Positions 41,451 to 55,842 of a DNA stretch of 64,000 bases are shown here, one piece after another. The translations under genes were made by a program, and so were the position numbers. The notes under the pieces are model-generated. The model did not search any database, was not told the origin of the DNA, and saw only the letters and a list, made by a program, of their open reading frames with translations. The stretch lies in the NCBI GenBank assembly GCA_977030845.1, contig OZ365112.1, positions 13,826,001 through 13,890,000 of the forward strand, in the 5' to 3' direction. The stretch comes from Fimbriosthenelais zetlandica. Its lineage: Eukaryota. The number at the start of each line of letters is the position of its first letter. Position 1 is the stretch's first letter.

Positions 41451-41467
41451 CCCCCCCCCCCCCCCCC
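41451..41467. repeat. C17 homopolymer with a C-rich tail to about 41500
   Basis: 17 consecutive C, then atcaccgtccacctccaccccaacccccccgcc. Confidence 0.9.
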
Positions 41468-44400
41468 ATCACCGTCCACCTCCACCCCAACCCCCCCGCC
41501 TCACAAGAAATGCCACCATACTTATATTACCTATTTTATCCCGACAAATCATCAATGAGCCGGCTGTGCTTTTTCCAAACTCTAAATGTCAATTGGGCCA
41601 TAATGGCTTTAATGATGACGGCCGCATGTCGCATCACCGAGCGAAAAAAAGTTCAAAAACAATAGAGAAAGGGTATAAAAAGCTGTAAAATTCCAGGACG
41701 CGGCCTGACTTTAATATAGGTCAGTTTTTAGTGATATTTTTTTGTTGGTTTTCTCTTTAAGGAGGCTATCTTCGTTGTTGACACGCCTGGCCCTGAGCGA
41801 TGTATAGGTTGAGGCATGTTTGAAAATTTATTGCGTCATAGCGTGTAACGCCTGACCTAGATTTTCTTTTTGTGCTGGACAGAATGAATATTAGATTAAT
41901 TGTGCCCCTAAATATTGTATGGTTTTGAAATTGATTTTTGTGATCATGCTCCAGAACCGTGAAATTTGACGGGCGCACAATGACCCCTAACATCTGAATG
42001 TACTAATAGATTGATAAACATCCTATATCATATAGCATGATATAGATATATGCCTGATATATTACAAATTGGGAAGTTTCTCGCTATTTCGATCTATATT
42101 GCTCATAAACTCACTGAAAGATGTTTGATCGTAATGGTCACACATATATTTCCTATAATACTAACTTAAGATATCGTTTGTCATTTAAAAGTCTATTCAA
42201 ATATGTTTTTCATGCAATGTGTTTTCCCTCAATTTAATCCCCCCAGTCACCCAGGGATTCTTCAGTCAGGGTTATTTATTTCGATCCAAATACGAAAATT
42301 GCTATACAATTCAACCATTTATCCTACCAGGAGGCTAAACATCAACGAGATTGTTTTCAGTCTTTAGAGAGGCTGAGGTTCAGTTACGGGGTGTTTTGTT
42401 TTATCATATTAAAGCCCTGAACCTTGCCCTTAAAAATGCAGGTTGAATGATATAAGTGATCATATAACGGTACATGTATACAGTTATACCCCTCTCACAC
42501 ATGGCTGCCATCCACTGCACTAAGTTTATCGGCCCCAGGACACAGACAATTCACATCTCATCTTCCACTTCTCCCAAACCAATACAAAGCCCCATTTTTC
42601 CTGATCTTTTTCTATGAAACGATCAAGATAACACACCCCTATCGCATGGCCGTGCCATAAAGGTCCAGGCTTTATCTTATCTGATAAGGACCTGGGTCTG
42701 TATAGAGCAGGACAGGCCTGGTGTACACTCAACATAAGTCCTCCCCCGCGGAGGAGTCGCCCTACATACACGCCAGGTTCTCCTCCAATCACAGGGCCGC
42801 TTACAAACGACTTCGGGAAGGCTTCTGTTCCACTTCCTCCTGCCTTTCCCTTCTGCCATTTTGGAATCAGTGCTGGTAGGAGCAGTGTGTGTATGCAGTA
42901 GAATACCGAATGCTAGGCCTCGTAAAGAAACGCCTAATTAATCATCTTAATTGGTGTTAATTAGCGCGATGGAGGTTGGGGGATGGCTTGCTATTAACCG
43001 TCTGACACCATTTCCTTCGATAGATCCAAGCAATTAAACTAGATCGGCGGTTAAAGCAAGAGGATAGAATAAAATATCAATGGGGACCCCTCTAAACAAA
43101 TAAAGGGAGATTTATGATCGGAATTCACCTTGATATTCCCTGAAATGTTTGTTTCCCTATATCTGTTAATAGAAATGATGGAGTGGGTCCGGGAGGGGTG
43201 GCTATAGGTCCTACATCACATGTTCCTGTGTATGTTCGATTGCAGGGGTGAGCTTAATAGGCCTTCATAGTTCGGAAAAGGTATATCTATCTTTTCCATC
43301 AATCACAATAGAAGATCGGCCTTTTTCTCTTAGATCTAATCACCCTTGGAACAATTGTAAATTAATTTGGCCATATCCGAGGAAAGTGCTCGGAAATTGC
43401 CTACACAGTGTAGCACTTCTCGTAAATATGTACCATTTAATAGAAAGAGCTCGTTCCCCTTTATATACAAAAGAATGCTGTATCATATAGCTTCTGTTAC
43501 TAGGTAGGAGAGAGATTGGAGGGATATGGGGATAAAAAAACAGAAGAGAAAGTTTAAAGGGGAAGGAAAGTAAACAAGTGGTGGAATGTACGGCGTTCAT
43601 TTGAGAGTAAACCCTAAGAAATGAGTGTATGGGGGTCGGCAATGAATAGATGGCTCATTTAGAAGTACGTCCGACAGGCGTCGCTTAAATCAGCCTGCTT
43701 CAAGATCCAAAATAAGAGACTAATATATATTCCCCAACCTTCCTCTCCCCTTCCACTTCCAGGAGGGACTATCAATCAGGTTTTTCCTTTACGAGGAGAA
43801 TATTCCCAATAAAATGAGGAGGGTAGAAGTTTAATTGTGCTTTATATGTAGGGATTTTTCTGCGCCCGACAGTAGGAAGAATCTGCCCCTGGTAGAATCG
43901 ATGATGGCAATGGCTTGGGAAATGGCTGATCGATCTTAATTTAGAATATATGTATATATATGGTGGAGTGAAGGAAGGCTTAATTTTATGGATGAAAGCA
44001 GAGCTCTGCTGTGCATCAATTCCTGGACGGAGTTTATGCTTTATAATCAAAGGTGCCTTTCTCTAAATAACGCATTTTTAGTAGCACTCTGGGTGGGAGC
44101 CGAGGTTCAAACTTATGCAAAGTTTACATTGATAGATTTATGGACAATTGCAAAAATAGATTTTGGGACAAATTGCGAAAAAAAGATAAGGGAAAATTCT
44201 ACTTGCTACTTTATTATTTGTGTTTTATCTGAAGATGTACAGACGTTCTGAATGGGACTGAGAAGCTAGCTTCAGGCAGAAAATAAATCAATATATTTCC
44301 TAATACATGTAGCAGCATTGGCTATAGGGCTACAGGACCGATTTATACCAAGAAACAATCGAAAGGATACCAACATATTGTAGATACCGGTTTTATATAA

Positions 44401-47400
44401 TAATGTTTTCATTTTAAGTCCCTATTAAAGTTGGATCTGCGGTATGTAAATAGGTGAAGGCATAAAAACCTTTGTTTACAAACGCTTCTTAGAAGCTAAC
44501 ATGGACGCAGTGAACCCACTGACCGAAGTGGGTGTCCGCCATGTTAGATCTCAGCAATCACCAGCAGGGGTGAAAATACAACGAAAATCACGAGGAAACT
44601 CCTCAATTTTGGACCCTTTATGAACTAAATATAGGAGGCACCAGCATGGGAAAGGTCTCTCTAGCATTAATCCCTCATGTGTGTTTAGGGAGCCATCGAT
44701 TGGAGCGTGTTTTTGAATTATTGAGTGTCAAATTTTCGTATGATGGTGGTGGAACATGCGAGAGGTTTTCATGCTAGAAGTTCTGTATAGCGGTGTGATA
44801 TAGGTAGGTCTATTTTTCACACTTATCAGTGAGATCTGTGGCGAGTTAAACTATTCTATTTTTATTTTATTAGATAGACGAATAGAGGTAGGCAAACCTG
44901 AACACTTTCTCGTGTAAAATAATTGAAAACAATTGAAATGAATGTTGTGTATAATGGCAACAAATACATTCAGTTTCTGAAAAGAACGATATTTTGTAGA
45001 CAATATATTTAAAAGTTCCTCTATGTACTATACATGACATACATAATCCAAATTAATGATATACTGTATGTGTATTCATGCTTCGGTCATCACCTAATAA
45101 TTGGGAGGTGAAATACATCATTCCAACTCAAAATCCAGGGTAAAGAATTTGACCTTTACACCAAGGAAACAATGGGACAAAGAGGGTCTTCTCTCAGTAT
45201 TTTCCATTTTAACAAATCGTACATATTTGCCTTCAAACTGTCTCCTTACTCTTGCCATTCCTAACATATCACTACAAGAAGCTGTCGCTCAACGTATCTG
45301 AATTGGGGACGGTGCCATCCTATAGTTTTGTGTTAAGAAAGCATCTGTTTTCTGTCTTTCTCCTTTCGTCTGAATAATAATACTCCATTCCCAACAATTT
45401 AATGATATCCATGCGCAAATATAAAGAATAACATAGAATAATAGGGCCTATCGAGATGAGCAAAAGGTTTCATTCAAGTAGCAGAAGTAAATATGCTGCA
45501 TCAGGACTTGGCCTTGGAACATTTTGCACTTAATTTCATTTTGTTCAAGCATCATGTCCTTGAACATGACATTGCAAATGTGCATGCACGCAGTTGGCGA
45601 AGCTATTCTTAGATACACACCTTTCAACCCTGTCTATTTTAGACGAGCTTTTGGCCATGACCTCAGTTTGTGATTAATGTTCTAGCTAGATGTTTTTTGT
45701 GGCTTCTCTACGATGAACCAATGCACCCTGCTCTCATCAATCATAACGTCAGGCAGGAGACATGAGACAGGCTAAGTGTTGACGTCCCCATTTTCTCCTC
45801 CTATTTTCTCAAGCTCACAGATAAAGCATTCCTTTCTCTATATTAGATTCTTTTTTCCTTTTCTGTTCAAACATAACAATGAGAAGTCGGTCACACACAG
45901 TGTCTTTTCACGCTCGTTCCATAATCTCTGAGAGCATAACGATGATTGAATAATTCCAGTAAATTTCCTTGGAATTCTATGCGGAGATGCATTTGTTTCA
46001 ACACTCGAAAGACAATAACATTCCCCTAATCTAAAAATGATTATGATAATCAGGTTGGAAAAGAACATTTCCTATGTAATTGGAGAGGAAATATTCAACG
46101 AAAAATGTGTTCAGTTAAGTTTTGAACGAAGCTTCAGTTAAATTTTAAACATCCACTTCGATTTTCAATATCAGTGCGATTATGAAACTTAAAAACTTAA
46201 ATTGGGTAGGAGGGAGCAACAAATTCAATGGATAAATTCAATGGGAAAGGAGGGAAATATTACGTTCACTTCCAATGGCACAGAGGATAAAGCGAGCATT
46301 TTGGGGGCTGGCCTTGTCCCTCTAAATCAAGGTTAACCCAATAGAGGTAATGCATTATAAAAGGCGGGAGGGGACGGGACAAGGTTTGGGCGGGATGCTC
46401 TGCTTTGTTCCTATGTAAAAGAGTAAAGTGTTGATTTAATTGTCAGCTTGTGGGGCGCGGGTAGTGATAGCGAATTGCTCCTACCTCGAGCAATTCATAT
46501 TGACGCCTACAACATCCCCAGGCTCGGAGCTGTGGTGAACGAGCCCACCTACCTCATTTATAAAGTACAGGAGTTGAAGGTAGACAGGGACAGAGAGAGG
46601 GACAGGGAGAGATTTGTTTGAGGGAAAGAAAGATATGTTGTGTGTAAAAGATTAAATAGGGTTAGAGAATGGAGACCTGTAGGGAAAAAACGAAGCAAAA
46701 CGAGAGAACAAGAATCTGAGATAAACAGACAGACAGACGGACAGGGATTGTTACCCAAATATCATAGGGAAGGACAGGGGGAAGGAGTGGGACAGACATA
46801 AGAGGCAGAAGGGCAGGCAAATTAACAACTTTGAAAAGATATTCTTCTACCTATATAAGAAGTTCTATGGACAGGTGAGACTGGTAGCAAAGAGGTGGGG
46901 TGAGAAGAGGTAAAGGGAAAAGAATGAAGATGGCCAAAAAACAAAGCCTCTTTCGTGCTTCCCTAACTCAGATTTCTTCCCACCTTTGAGTGGAGAAGAT
47001 GCTTATTGAAAAGCACGTGTTCGTCTTCTCACAACCCCCACCTTCACCACGTAAATCTCATACATTCTCAATCCTCGCCAAGATTACCACCACTCACTAC
47101 TTTATTTCTTCCATTATCAAAAAGTTCGACTACGAAAATTTGAAGAATATCGTTAATTTCAGGTAGAAAGGATTTATAACATGGGGAATACTTGTCAGTT
47201 TTGTCAACATAAAGCCGAAAAATCAAAAATAGGTAAATCCAGAAAGAAATCGTTGCAATATGATATACAACTTTTCATTCTATGTATATTTATTGCAGTG
47301 CCAAAAGAGCGCACATTCAACCAGATTGTTTCCAGGGAAACCGTTATGTTTTTTGGCAAAATCTCTATGGATTTGTTTGGGGCATTAGAGCTGACGGCCC

Positions 47401-50034
47401 GTGGAGGTGGTCGGTACTCCAGGGCGGCTAGTCGGTATAACTGGTAGAGCGCGGGCCGGTCTCTCTCTGTTCGTGGACGAGAGAGGAAAAAACAATATGG
47501 CCGACAGGATGGTATATAGTGCTGCAACCAAGCCAGTTTATCGCTCTGGGATATGAGCAGTGAGTGCATGAGGGTGAGAGGAGAGGGAGAGAGGGGTGGG
47601 GGAGAGATGAATTGAGTGGGGGAGATCTTATCCAGGGCTTCTTCCAGGGTGTGACGTCTAATTCACTATTAGATTAAATAGGGAAAGTAGAAAGCGGTCA
47701 TGCTGACACATCAATATAGAAAGGAATTTTTTTTTTATACTTGCTATTTTTCACATATTTCTGTCTTTAGATCTCCAGTTCACAGACAGTAAAATAATAG
47801 CAGAAATGACCACTCCTAATCCCGATATGATTTGACTATTCCATCAGTCTTGGTATAGTAAATGTAATATTTCTTTTCATTTTTTCTGCCCCATGAGATA
47901 TATGGATATAAATTGATACCTGCGGGAAGCACGCATGGACATGAACATCATAATAAAATGCCATACTGACAGCTAGTACAATGATTGATAACTGTACATG
48001 TATATTTGACAGTAACACATTTAACTACATTCAAAAAGGTGTTGGTGAGGTTGCTGACAGCGTGATCCCAATACAAACTTCTTTACAAGTATTCTGAGTT
48101 AATTATTACTATACTGTAATTAGTATCAAATGATCTTATTTACCCCAAACATCGACCCAAAACTCTATGCATCATCACACACTAAGGAAGTTCCCATTTT
48201 CCATTTATACAATGCAGTTGTTTTTTGTTCCGTGGTTACATCCAATGAGGAAAATACACCTTGCATGGCAAACCCAATCGAAATATCAATAAATAATTAT
48301 TATTTTCACCCTTACATCACAATGAGACAGTCTGATAAATGTCTCTGGTTACATGTACCGAATTAATCATCGAATCCCCCGAAAAAGCACATGAAAATGA
48401 GGTAAATATTTCACTGAGGGGCCCACCACTGCAATGGAGGGCCTTGTCCTTTCTCTCCCTAACACCGCCATATTTATAGCGTGGGAGAGCATCGTGGGAA
48501 TTTGTGAATTTATTCACAACACTTTAAATTGCACCAGGCACGTTCGTGTCCATGTTTAATGTTATTTCGGCAAATAGTGGGCCCATCTGAGGGTTATCAT
48601 TAAGATGGCCAACCTGTGTGTGTCTTGGAAGCGTGGAATAATAAGAGGGACGCTGGGAAATGATATGGGGCAGCGTTTGTTTCCTCTCTCTAGGGTAAAG
48701 TGTCTCCAAGATTAATATTTGAGGATGGGGGAACGGGGAAACGGGGAAGGAAGAAAGTTGGGTGAGTGATGAGGGAGGGTTGGGATGGACTTGCAAAAAG
48801 GCCCTTTGCAGAAAAAATCCCATTCCCACACTTATAAGCAGGAGCTAAGGCCCAGAGATATTATCGAAAAACTGCTAGTCTTTCAATAATATGTTAGTAA
48901 TTCAAAAATATGTGCGATGAGAAAGTAGTTTGGCATTATCCATTTATAGTTTGGTTGAGTTAGGACAAAAAGTGCAATGCCATTTATCTAAAACCCCAGA
49001 TACATGCATGTACCCATTTATCGCATAAGTAATCCCGTGCTCTCATATCATGGCCCTGTGTTGAGAATATATAAAATATGATATGCAATCACACAGGAAC
49101 AAGGCATTCATGGCAAGCCCGGGACAATTCTGATATATTCACTCGCACGCGTATTTTTTTGAGATATCAAAATAAATAGGAAAAGTTAGCGGTGGTTTAA
49201 TATCAGCCTGAAACGATGGCGTACATTGAGCGAGCAAGTAAAGCGAGAAGGAATAAAAATAAAAATAAAATATTTACACCTCTACATTTGGCGGGGGCCA
49301 GTCTGTGGGAGGCGATGGTATATATCAATATGATTTGAGATAATCTCTATAGCAATGGGGGATAAAGTGGAAAGAGGTGAGGTGTGGATGGTGGGAGGGG
49401 GACGAGAGGCAGGGGATTATCCCCCAAGGGTTTACCCTAACAAATGACTCTGGGATTCCGAGAGAGAAAATGCGGCCCTCTTCGTTACAAGACACGGGGG
49501 AGGAAAAAAAGACAATCTCATTCTTCTTGGCTCTATGTATACATAATCTGCTTTCGTTCCCCCGTCCCTCACTCCCCCTTCCCCTGCCCATAGCTCTGAG
49601 TGATGTACTACAGAGGAAAAAGATAGATACCCCCAGCTTCATTCGGCACTGGAGACCCCCCAATAGGCCCTAAAAGCACTTTACCCTAATTTTATAGGCA
49701 AATACTAAACCGTACATAACTAAATGTGATCCCAAAACATCAAATCCGATCCACTTCATCGTGGAAGGAACCAATTTGTATATTTTACAACTTTTCTTCT
49801 TCCGTTTCGTTCACTTTATTTTCCGGCTCCTGTCCGCCACCTGTCCCCAAGTTTATCCTGATAAATTTACTGAACACTTTCTATAAATCAAAGCCCTAAA
49901 TAAGAAATTAGCGACTTCTGTACACCTTATTAAATTATGTTTAATCTTTTATAGATACATACTTTCTGATATTACTACTTTTAAAAGTGGTCAAGCGTCA
50001 GATGTAAAAAAAATTCCACTTGATATTGGTTTGA

Positions 50035-50087
50035 GACTTGGGAGGGGTCAGAGTGGACTGGGAGGGGTTAGAGTAGAGGAGGGGTGA
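50035..50087. repeat. Degenerate G-rich minisatellite, about 20-bp period (core GGAGGGGT)
   Basis: ggaggggtcagagt at 50041, ggaggggttagagt at 50061 and ggaggggtga at 50078. Confidence 0.65.
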
Positions 50088-50182
50088 CGGCATGGACCAT
50101 TGGTAGCGGGGAGGGTTCAGGATGGGGTGGCGGTTGGGGGTAGTTTTTTTCCACACCTGTCATACCTGTTCACACATCTAAG

Positions 50183-50249
50183 GAGAAAGTTCTTGATGAT
50201 CTGAAGCTTCGGGCATCAACAAAATCTCACGATGGACCAACTCTCAAGG
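50183..50249 (+). other. Exon-like segment, EKVLDDLKLRASTKSHDGPTLK
   Basis: Open, coding-like composition ending at a strong donor (AAGG|GTGAGT, 50250). The acceptor (ctaag|) is weak, so the 5' boundary is uncertain. Confidence 0.2.
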
Positions 50250-53204
50250 GTGAGTATCATCTCAAATTTCTTGCATTATTATTGCTAGTTATTACCAGAG
50301 ATTTAAAATTTCATTTACTATAGAATAAGTTGAATCCGCGTTTTTAATCCGAAATACACATTAATTTATATTTAATTTAAATTAATTAGAGAATGCTTTC
50401 GTTTGGAATGTTTTTTGTGTGCGGGGTATGAGTTTTTTCAAAAGAGAAGTATTTAGTAATATTTGAGTAACTTTGGTCAACTTTTCCTAAAGTATTATTT
50501 TAACGAATTAACCTAAACGACAAATCAGTTAAGAACATTGCATAGAAAGGTAAAATACGCGAAAGACACGAATAAAACGACAGAAGAAAAAAGACACAAC
50601 GAAACACCGGACCAGGACGATAGACAATATTTAATATGCCACTCTTCCCAATCTATCATGATTCTTTCAACTTGCAACGAAACTTGGGGCATGCCCTTCC
50701 TTCCTCATATCCTAGCCTTTTATAGACGACAAGCAGAAGTACTGTAAATCGTTTACATACCTAAGTATGGGCCTATAGATCATAGTCTTTCGCCGGCTGT
50801 GGGGACCATGGATGATGGATTGTTTTTCAGCCAATTTTAAATATTCACTAACTCGCTCCTCCAGTCCATCCCCCAGGATCGGCAGTTATGAGTGATCGTA
50901 TTGTCCTTATGTCAGCAGCTGATCTATGGGTCGGAGGTGCGACTGACATGGGGTATTTTTTATATACATTCACCCATAGGTATTTTCTGGAGGAAGGGAA
51001 GGAGGAGAGATGGTTGGATTCTATATGGGAGAATGCAAAGGCCACCGCTACTACCACTCCAGGCATGCCTAGGAGGAGGAGTAGGAGGAGGAAGGGACAA
51101 GAGGGGTAACACCTACTTGTGCTTATAATGCACTAGCACGACCAACCATAAAACACCTGGGTGAGCCCTTACATATTTAATTCATCAGTACCCACCAATA
51201 TCCCACCATAACACTCTCTACCTCTCTTATATATGGGAATAAGTATAGAATATATCCCTTGTATACCGGCGGGCAATGAAGGTTGGTATATATCCTGGGC
51301 CTAAACCCCTGGGATCCCCCAAAAATGTATGGAACGGATCTGCCTTTACAATAGTCCAATTATGGGAATATATATATAGTAATAATCATTTTCAATTGTT
51401 GCCGTGGGACTTTCTGGTAGACGTACAAACTATTTCAGTGAGATGTGAAGCTGTCATAGTGAATAAATGGCTGGTCTAAGATGTTTTAAAGAATTGTCAG
51501 GTCGTCCCTGAATTTCTCAACTTTCAAAAACATAAGCATACTAATATACTTTTCAGTGGTCAAAATCATTAAGTGATCAATATTAAGTGTTGCAATATTA
51601 GTTGCGTCTTAGAAGTTGAACTCAGTAAAGATTCATTTGTATCAAGGTACACAAATTAATTCTCTAGCAATCGAATTGCAAGTCTTCTGGTAGAGAAGGA
51701 TAAAATAGTATTATTTATATATCAGTCAAAGTATAAATGTTGGCAAAGATGTATGGAAAAGATATATCATCTCCCCAAAATTAACAAAATTGTACTTGAC
51801 ATGTACTGAGGCCATGTATGGTAAGGTAATGGGACACTGAATGTAAATTAGAATATACCTCGAACATGCTGCTAATTATTTCTCATTATATATCACAATA
51901 GGGGTCATGGCATACATATGTATCGTGGGGAACATTTAGTAATTAGGACAATCTGGTCCATGCCCGGTATCTCGGTACATTTCATAACCTTTGTTCTTGT
52001 ACAACCGGTCCTTGTCCGTTCGAGAGGACATGAAAGGACCTTCTTCATTGGCCCTTTTATGAGGACCTAATCTTACCTGGGAACAAAGGGAAGGTTGGCC
52101 AAAGGACATCACATGACCTTTGACCAATAAGGGCTCAGTGTTCCCTCGAACAATTGCCCTTTTCTTGTCATGTGACCCAAAAGATACCCCCTGCCTTTGG
52201 CCTTGCCTAACCAAGCGTGGCATACAAAGCCTGTGGCAACCCCACTGCGCCTGCAATCACTCCAGCTTTTCCATTGACTGGTTCAAATCTCTAGGGGCAC
52301 AAAGTCAATCCCCAGTAGGTCCCAGATATCATTTCATCTTCGCATGTCAGTCGGAAGAGAAGAGTTTCTGCGCTTGAGATCGACATGCCATCACATACTT
52401 GGCATTCCTCACATTCCAAGGCAGCTGAGGGCCACGATGGTTCGCGCCATTCAAGGTAGAGGGCACCACAATCTGAAGCCCTTTTTCCCCTTACATTGCA
52501 TGTTTGAGAGGCCGAGTACAGAGACCTCTGTGCAGATTTCACACACTACAGTTCCAAGACCTTTCTCTACTAAGCCCTTCCACAAGCTACTATTCAAAAA
52601 GTGCAGAAAACTTTCATAGACGCGCCAATACAAATATCAATATGCAATTCATTGCATCTCAGTACTTCTTACTTTTGAAATGCATATCAGTGTAGTGCTT
52701 TCTGTTCAAATCTTTATCTGACATGATATATTATCCTAGGAAATCGTTAGATTTAATCAAGATTTTACAAGTCTCAACTCAAGAAGTCAAATTCTTGTTC
52801 TTTATGTCCCCAGTGAAAAATGTATTATTTTTCCAATACGATTTAATTAGGGTAATAGATCACCAGTCTTTGTCTCATGGGGGTTAAACTAATAAGAGCT
52901 ATACATTTTACAATGTCTAATCTTGAAAGCAAGGAATGCCATTAATTGGGGATATTCATCTGGATTAGAGGCAGTGTCAAGTGGGAGGAAATCATTCCTC
53001 GGCTCAGTTCTGATGTACAATTCATAAGCCTCGTCTTGCTCATGGGAATATGATCAATTACCTTTCAGAGGCAGCGTTGGAAAGAAGGACGAGAGAGGCA
53101 GAGAAAGCTGGAGAGTGACTGAGAGGGGAGAGAGGAGAAACAGAAAGACATGGAGAAGAAATATTCAAGGGATGTAACATGACAAAGGGCCTCCAAGCGG
53201 AGAG

Positions 53205-53336
53205 GTCACCTGTCACGTGCCTGCAGGTCCTTTCTCTCTCGCCCCCTTACAAGTCCTTCCGGCCAGAAGCCTCCTTCTCATACATCAGCGGTCACATGAC
53301 CCCGGCAGCGCATATGTCACGTGTGACGTCCGCCAT
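53205..53336. promoter_or_regulatory. Dense housekeeping-promoter-like motif cluster
   Basis: GTCACGTG at 53212 and 53316, ETS CTTCCGG at 53256, GTCACATGAC at 53291, CRE-like TGACGTC at 53324 and YY1-like CGCCAT at 53331. Confidence 0.45.
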
Positions 53337-53926
53337 TGTGAGATGTTGGCAGTGGTGAGGGACTAAAGGAAGAGCGAGTGAATTCTATCATTTGCCCATG
53401 AAAGTTTGAGGTAACCATCCTTCTGGTAAACAGACTCTACTAAAGTTGTTCCTTTAACTATGAAGGGATGAGCGTGTTCTTAAGGGGGTGGGAAAGGTAG
53501 GGAAGGGGGAGGGGGCTGCTACCCCTGACGTCGCTTCTCTCACTTGTTCCAATATCTCGGAAGCCACTTTTCCTGATCGGATGGAGATAATAGAAGTTGT
53601 GGCTTCTACCCCTCCTCCAGCACTTGCTCAGTGGAGGAATCAGATTAAATGGAGTGATAGCTTTTTTTGTGCCTCTGTGTCGGCTCCTTATCTGAGCGCA
53701 TACAAATTAAATGAAGTCGCACTGGTAGTGTTTGCCCAGTAAATCATAAGGCTTGGTGATGATTTAAGCTCTATAAGGATTCAGCATACCAATCCCAAAG
53801 ATAAATGGTAGAGTGAACAGGGCTCTCTTCTGCTCCAAATCCCACTTTCAGCATTATTTAAAACTTTTTTTCGTTCGTTATTGGCTATATTAATGAGTTT
53901 AGAAGGCCTATGGAGCTCCGACTCAC

Positions 53927-53983
53927 CTTTTCTCTTTCATCAACATTTTCTCGTCCTCACTGCCTCTTCCTCACTTGCATAAT
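53927..53983 (-). other. 57-nt exon-shaped cassette with stop codons in all frames
   Basis: On the minus strand: gttctcttttttttactgtttctag| acceptor, purine-rich body, and AAAG|GTGAGT donor. Confidence 0.3.
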
Positions 53984-54389
53984 CTAGAAACAGTAAAAAA
54001 AAAGAGAACATGAATTATTTCAAACACGAGAAAAATCCTATCACATCTTAATTCTAATGACTTATTTGGGTCTGTTCTCGGGGTATCTGCATAACTATGA
54101 ATGCATTTGAATAAACCATGGATGCCAAATACACATATTATGAATCTTACATGGAAGCTCGGGTAGAATTGTGGGTTCAATTCACGCTTATATAACTTTC
54201 CCTCCAGAACTTGGTATTGGCAGAAAGTATGTTGTAGCTGAATGCTACTATGGTATGAGAACTACAGACCTACTTCTAGGACTTGTATCCAGTAACCTCA
54301 TAATATGATAAGCTATAAAGGCCCAGACTTTTATAACTTTGCACTGTCTGCATTACCTAACTTTTTATAATGCCTTTTATCTATTGCAG

Positions 54390-54450
54390 ACCGAATTTTG
54401 GAAGATACCAGAAAGGCTGAAGTTAATGAAGAAAGACTTAAACAAAATAG
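54390..54450 (+). other. Candidate 61-nt exon (RILEDTRKAEVNEERLKQN or TEFWKIPERLKLMKKDLNKI)
   Basis: Branch-like ctaac near 54357, acceptor ttttatctattgcag|, GAA-rich body open in two frames, and a moderate donor AG|GTGGTT. Confidence 0.2.
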
Positions 54451-54635
54451 GTGGTTGACATATTGTATTTGGGAGGAACATTTCTATAGTTCTTAAACCT
54501 AAGTTATAGTAATCATTATATATGTATGTACATCGAAGTAAATGAAAACAATGGGGTCAAATCGTTTGAGAAACCAGGGGAAACTAGGTGACTGTGTGGT
54601 TGATATACAAACGTTATTTAAGGGAATTAACTTAC

Positions 54636-54669
54636 CTGCTGTATTCGTTGCTTTTATAGAATCCACAGA
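54636..54669 (-). other. Candidate 34-nt exon (SVDSIKATNTA)
   Basis: On the minus strand: ctttattcacag| acceptor and consensus CAG|GTAAGT donor. Confidence 0.25.
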
Positions 54670-55842
54670 CTGTGAATAAAGTTGTGGGGAAGTTTTTGGT
54701 GCTCACACAGAAGGGGGTTGGAACCAATACACCCCCAGCATGGGGTGGGGATAGTCAGGTCAAAAGGCGGAGCAAGTGACCACAACTTACTCTCCACCCC
54801 TTCCTATAATATATTATACCTTCAGCTCTGATTTATCTGTCCGTACGAATTAAAGGAATTGTCATATTATTTAATTTCGGTAGCCTGTTATGTTTTTGTT
54901 TTTATAAGCCTAATGGTATTTAAATGATGAGTGAATTTTCCCTCGTACGTGAATACTGAACTGAAATGTAAACATTGACCATCAGTAGGCCTATTTGTTG
55001 CCTAAACTGTCGAGAAACTGACAATTCTATATACCATAACGTCAATTATACATCTATTAATCTATACACTGATCTTTTATATGTATGTCATAGCTATTTA
55101 AAGCTCCCCAAAAAGAATATGTCGCGATGTGTGAGCTTGTCCGGTAGCTCGGGTCCTTGATAAACAAGTTACTATTGGAGCGGGGCGCAAATGACTCTAT
55201 TATCGCCCACCAACATAATCATCATCGAAATGTGAGCCGGGCCGTCGATTAGCTCGTCTATATTGCTTGTATGTATTTATAATTGTACTTAGATTAAATG
55301 AACCTCACAAGATACCCTCATTAGGTCATTTAGATAATATCACAGGCCTTTATTGGCCTCAGAAAGGTCCGCCGAATTCCCTCATAGAAATGCATTGGAA
55401 CAACATTGGAAGGCATTGAAGACCATTTTGACTGGGCCTTTATAGTAAAGGCAAGCTGTTCCTGTAATCGAAATTTTAACTGTGTGTATTTCTGAGTTTA
55501 CTTCATATTGTTTGTATCAGTGAGTACATTGTATTGTCATTGTGTATAGGCCTAATAGGCCTTAATATCAAGCCAAATGGTCCCCATAACCTTCACATAA
55601 TTATATGAAAACCGAGTTGACATTTAATCTTTTTAAAAAGACATGATTGTTGTGAGATTTCTTTGTTGAGATTCTCCTGTTTTCTGTTAATAATTAACTC
55701 TATCGAGGTAGAAGGAAGGAAAGCGTAGTTTATATACTGCAGTCAGTCCATTCCTTCCTGTAAATTAGGCTCTATGTTTCCACTTTCCTGAAAAAAGAAA
55801 GTTTCTCCTCAAATTGAACAAATTGGGGAGAAGGAAAATTAC

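Noticed and set aside
46472-46496. 9-bp hairpin gaattgctc/gagcaattc and similar short palindromes (3443, 11772, 12149, 28405, 45542, 63100 region)
   Set aside because: Several stems of this size are expected by chance in 64 kb, and bacterial-type terminators are not relevant in this context.
51936-52695. Dense stack of 60-106-aa ORFs
   Set aside because: They overlap on both strands in a moderately GC-richer patch, and I recognise no motif or codon bias.
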